A DNA stretch of 64,000 bases from Euryarchaeota archaeon UBA487 (GTDB lineage: Archaea; Thermoplasmatota; Poseidoniia; Poseidoniales; Thalassarchaeaceae), in NCBI GenBank assembly GCA_002505695.1, contig DAVU01000013.1, forward strand, positions 27,300 to 91,299, written 5' to 3'. Below, piece by piece: positions 63,917-64,000 of the stretch. A model generated the notes under the pieces. The model was given only the letters and a program-made list of their open reading frames with translations. It had not been told where the DNA came from and did not search any database. Numbering within the stretch: position 1 is the stretch's first letter; every line of letters begins with the position of its first letter. The position numbers and the translations under genes are program-made.

Positions 63917-64000
63917 ATGCGGCGACATGGAGTGATGGTCCTTGCCATGACTGTCATATTTGTACTATCAGCATCAATCGGAGTTGCTCAAACAGAGTCA
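63917..64000 (+). CDS. 5' end of a secreted or membrane protein (truncated by window end)
   Basis: ATG followed by a signal-peptide-like 'MRRHGVMVLAMTVIFVLSASIGVAQTES'. Only 28 codons are visible. Confidence 0.3.
   Translation, partial: MRRHGVMVLAMTVIFVLSASIGVAQTES

Noticed and set aside
1-64000. CRISPR arrays, rRNA genes, IS elements, integrases or prophage modules, including next to the two tRNA genes
   Set aside because: I saw no regularly spaced direct repeats and no transposase, integrase or recombinase motifs in any ORF. I also found no duplicated tRNA 3' segment that would mark an att site.

Overview
This window looks like a contiguous archaeal chromosomal segment. The archaeal call rests on fibrillarin + Nop5, PCNA, Orc1/Cdc6, TFS, Bud32, and a cytidylyltransferase-type PPAT fused to a DUF359 dephospho-CoA kinase. 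Many metabolic genes are of bacterial or eukaryotic type, which would fit a marine Thermoplasmatota / MG-II-like organism; that placement is inference only. I support about 65 protein genes and two tRNA-Gly genes (UCC and GCC, both with encoded CCA). I recognise no rRNA, CRISPR array, transposase or integrase.

The content is dominated by acyl-CoA metabolism:
- acyl-CoA synthetase, fused isobutyryl-CoA mutase IcmF, a thioesterase and biotin carboxylase
- three crotonases, a 3-hydroxyacyl-CoA dehydrogenase, SDRs and an aldehyde dehydrogenase
- a BoxB-like di-iron benzoyl-CoA oxygenase homolog

Other gene groups:
- DNA repair and replication: SMUG1-type UDG, Fpg, PCNA, Orc1/Cdc6
- Gluconeogenesis of non-archaeal type: class I aldolase + GlpX, plus a transaldolase
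- Cofactor genes: moaC, moaE, nadA, PPAT-DPCK
- A copA-copZ copper locus
- Several large membrane or surface proteins

The most interesting observations:
1. A 59-codon Cys-rich ORF, below the 60-aa cutoff of the ORF track. It sits about 28 nt downstream of the AT core of a perfect 30-bp palindrome, and its stop overlaps the copA start (GTGA).
2. An orphan 846-aa protein with an N-terminal winged helix. It is transcribed divergently from a 91-93-aa winged-helix-like gene across an extremely AT-rich tract, about 4.5 kb from orc1/cdc6.
3. A Box-like (benzoyl-CoA epoxidase-type) CoA-thioester cluster that lacks a BoxA reductase.
4. A single-polypeptide PPAT-DPCK (archaeal-type) fusion, preceded by a GC-rich non-coding region carrying a triple AACGTGGT motif.
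5. An EF-Tu-like protein with a degenerate P-loop.
6. A two-repeat TBP-like protein in a translationally coupled operon.

All functional calls come from motif recognition by eye; no searches were run.
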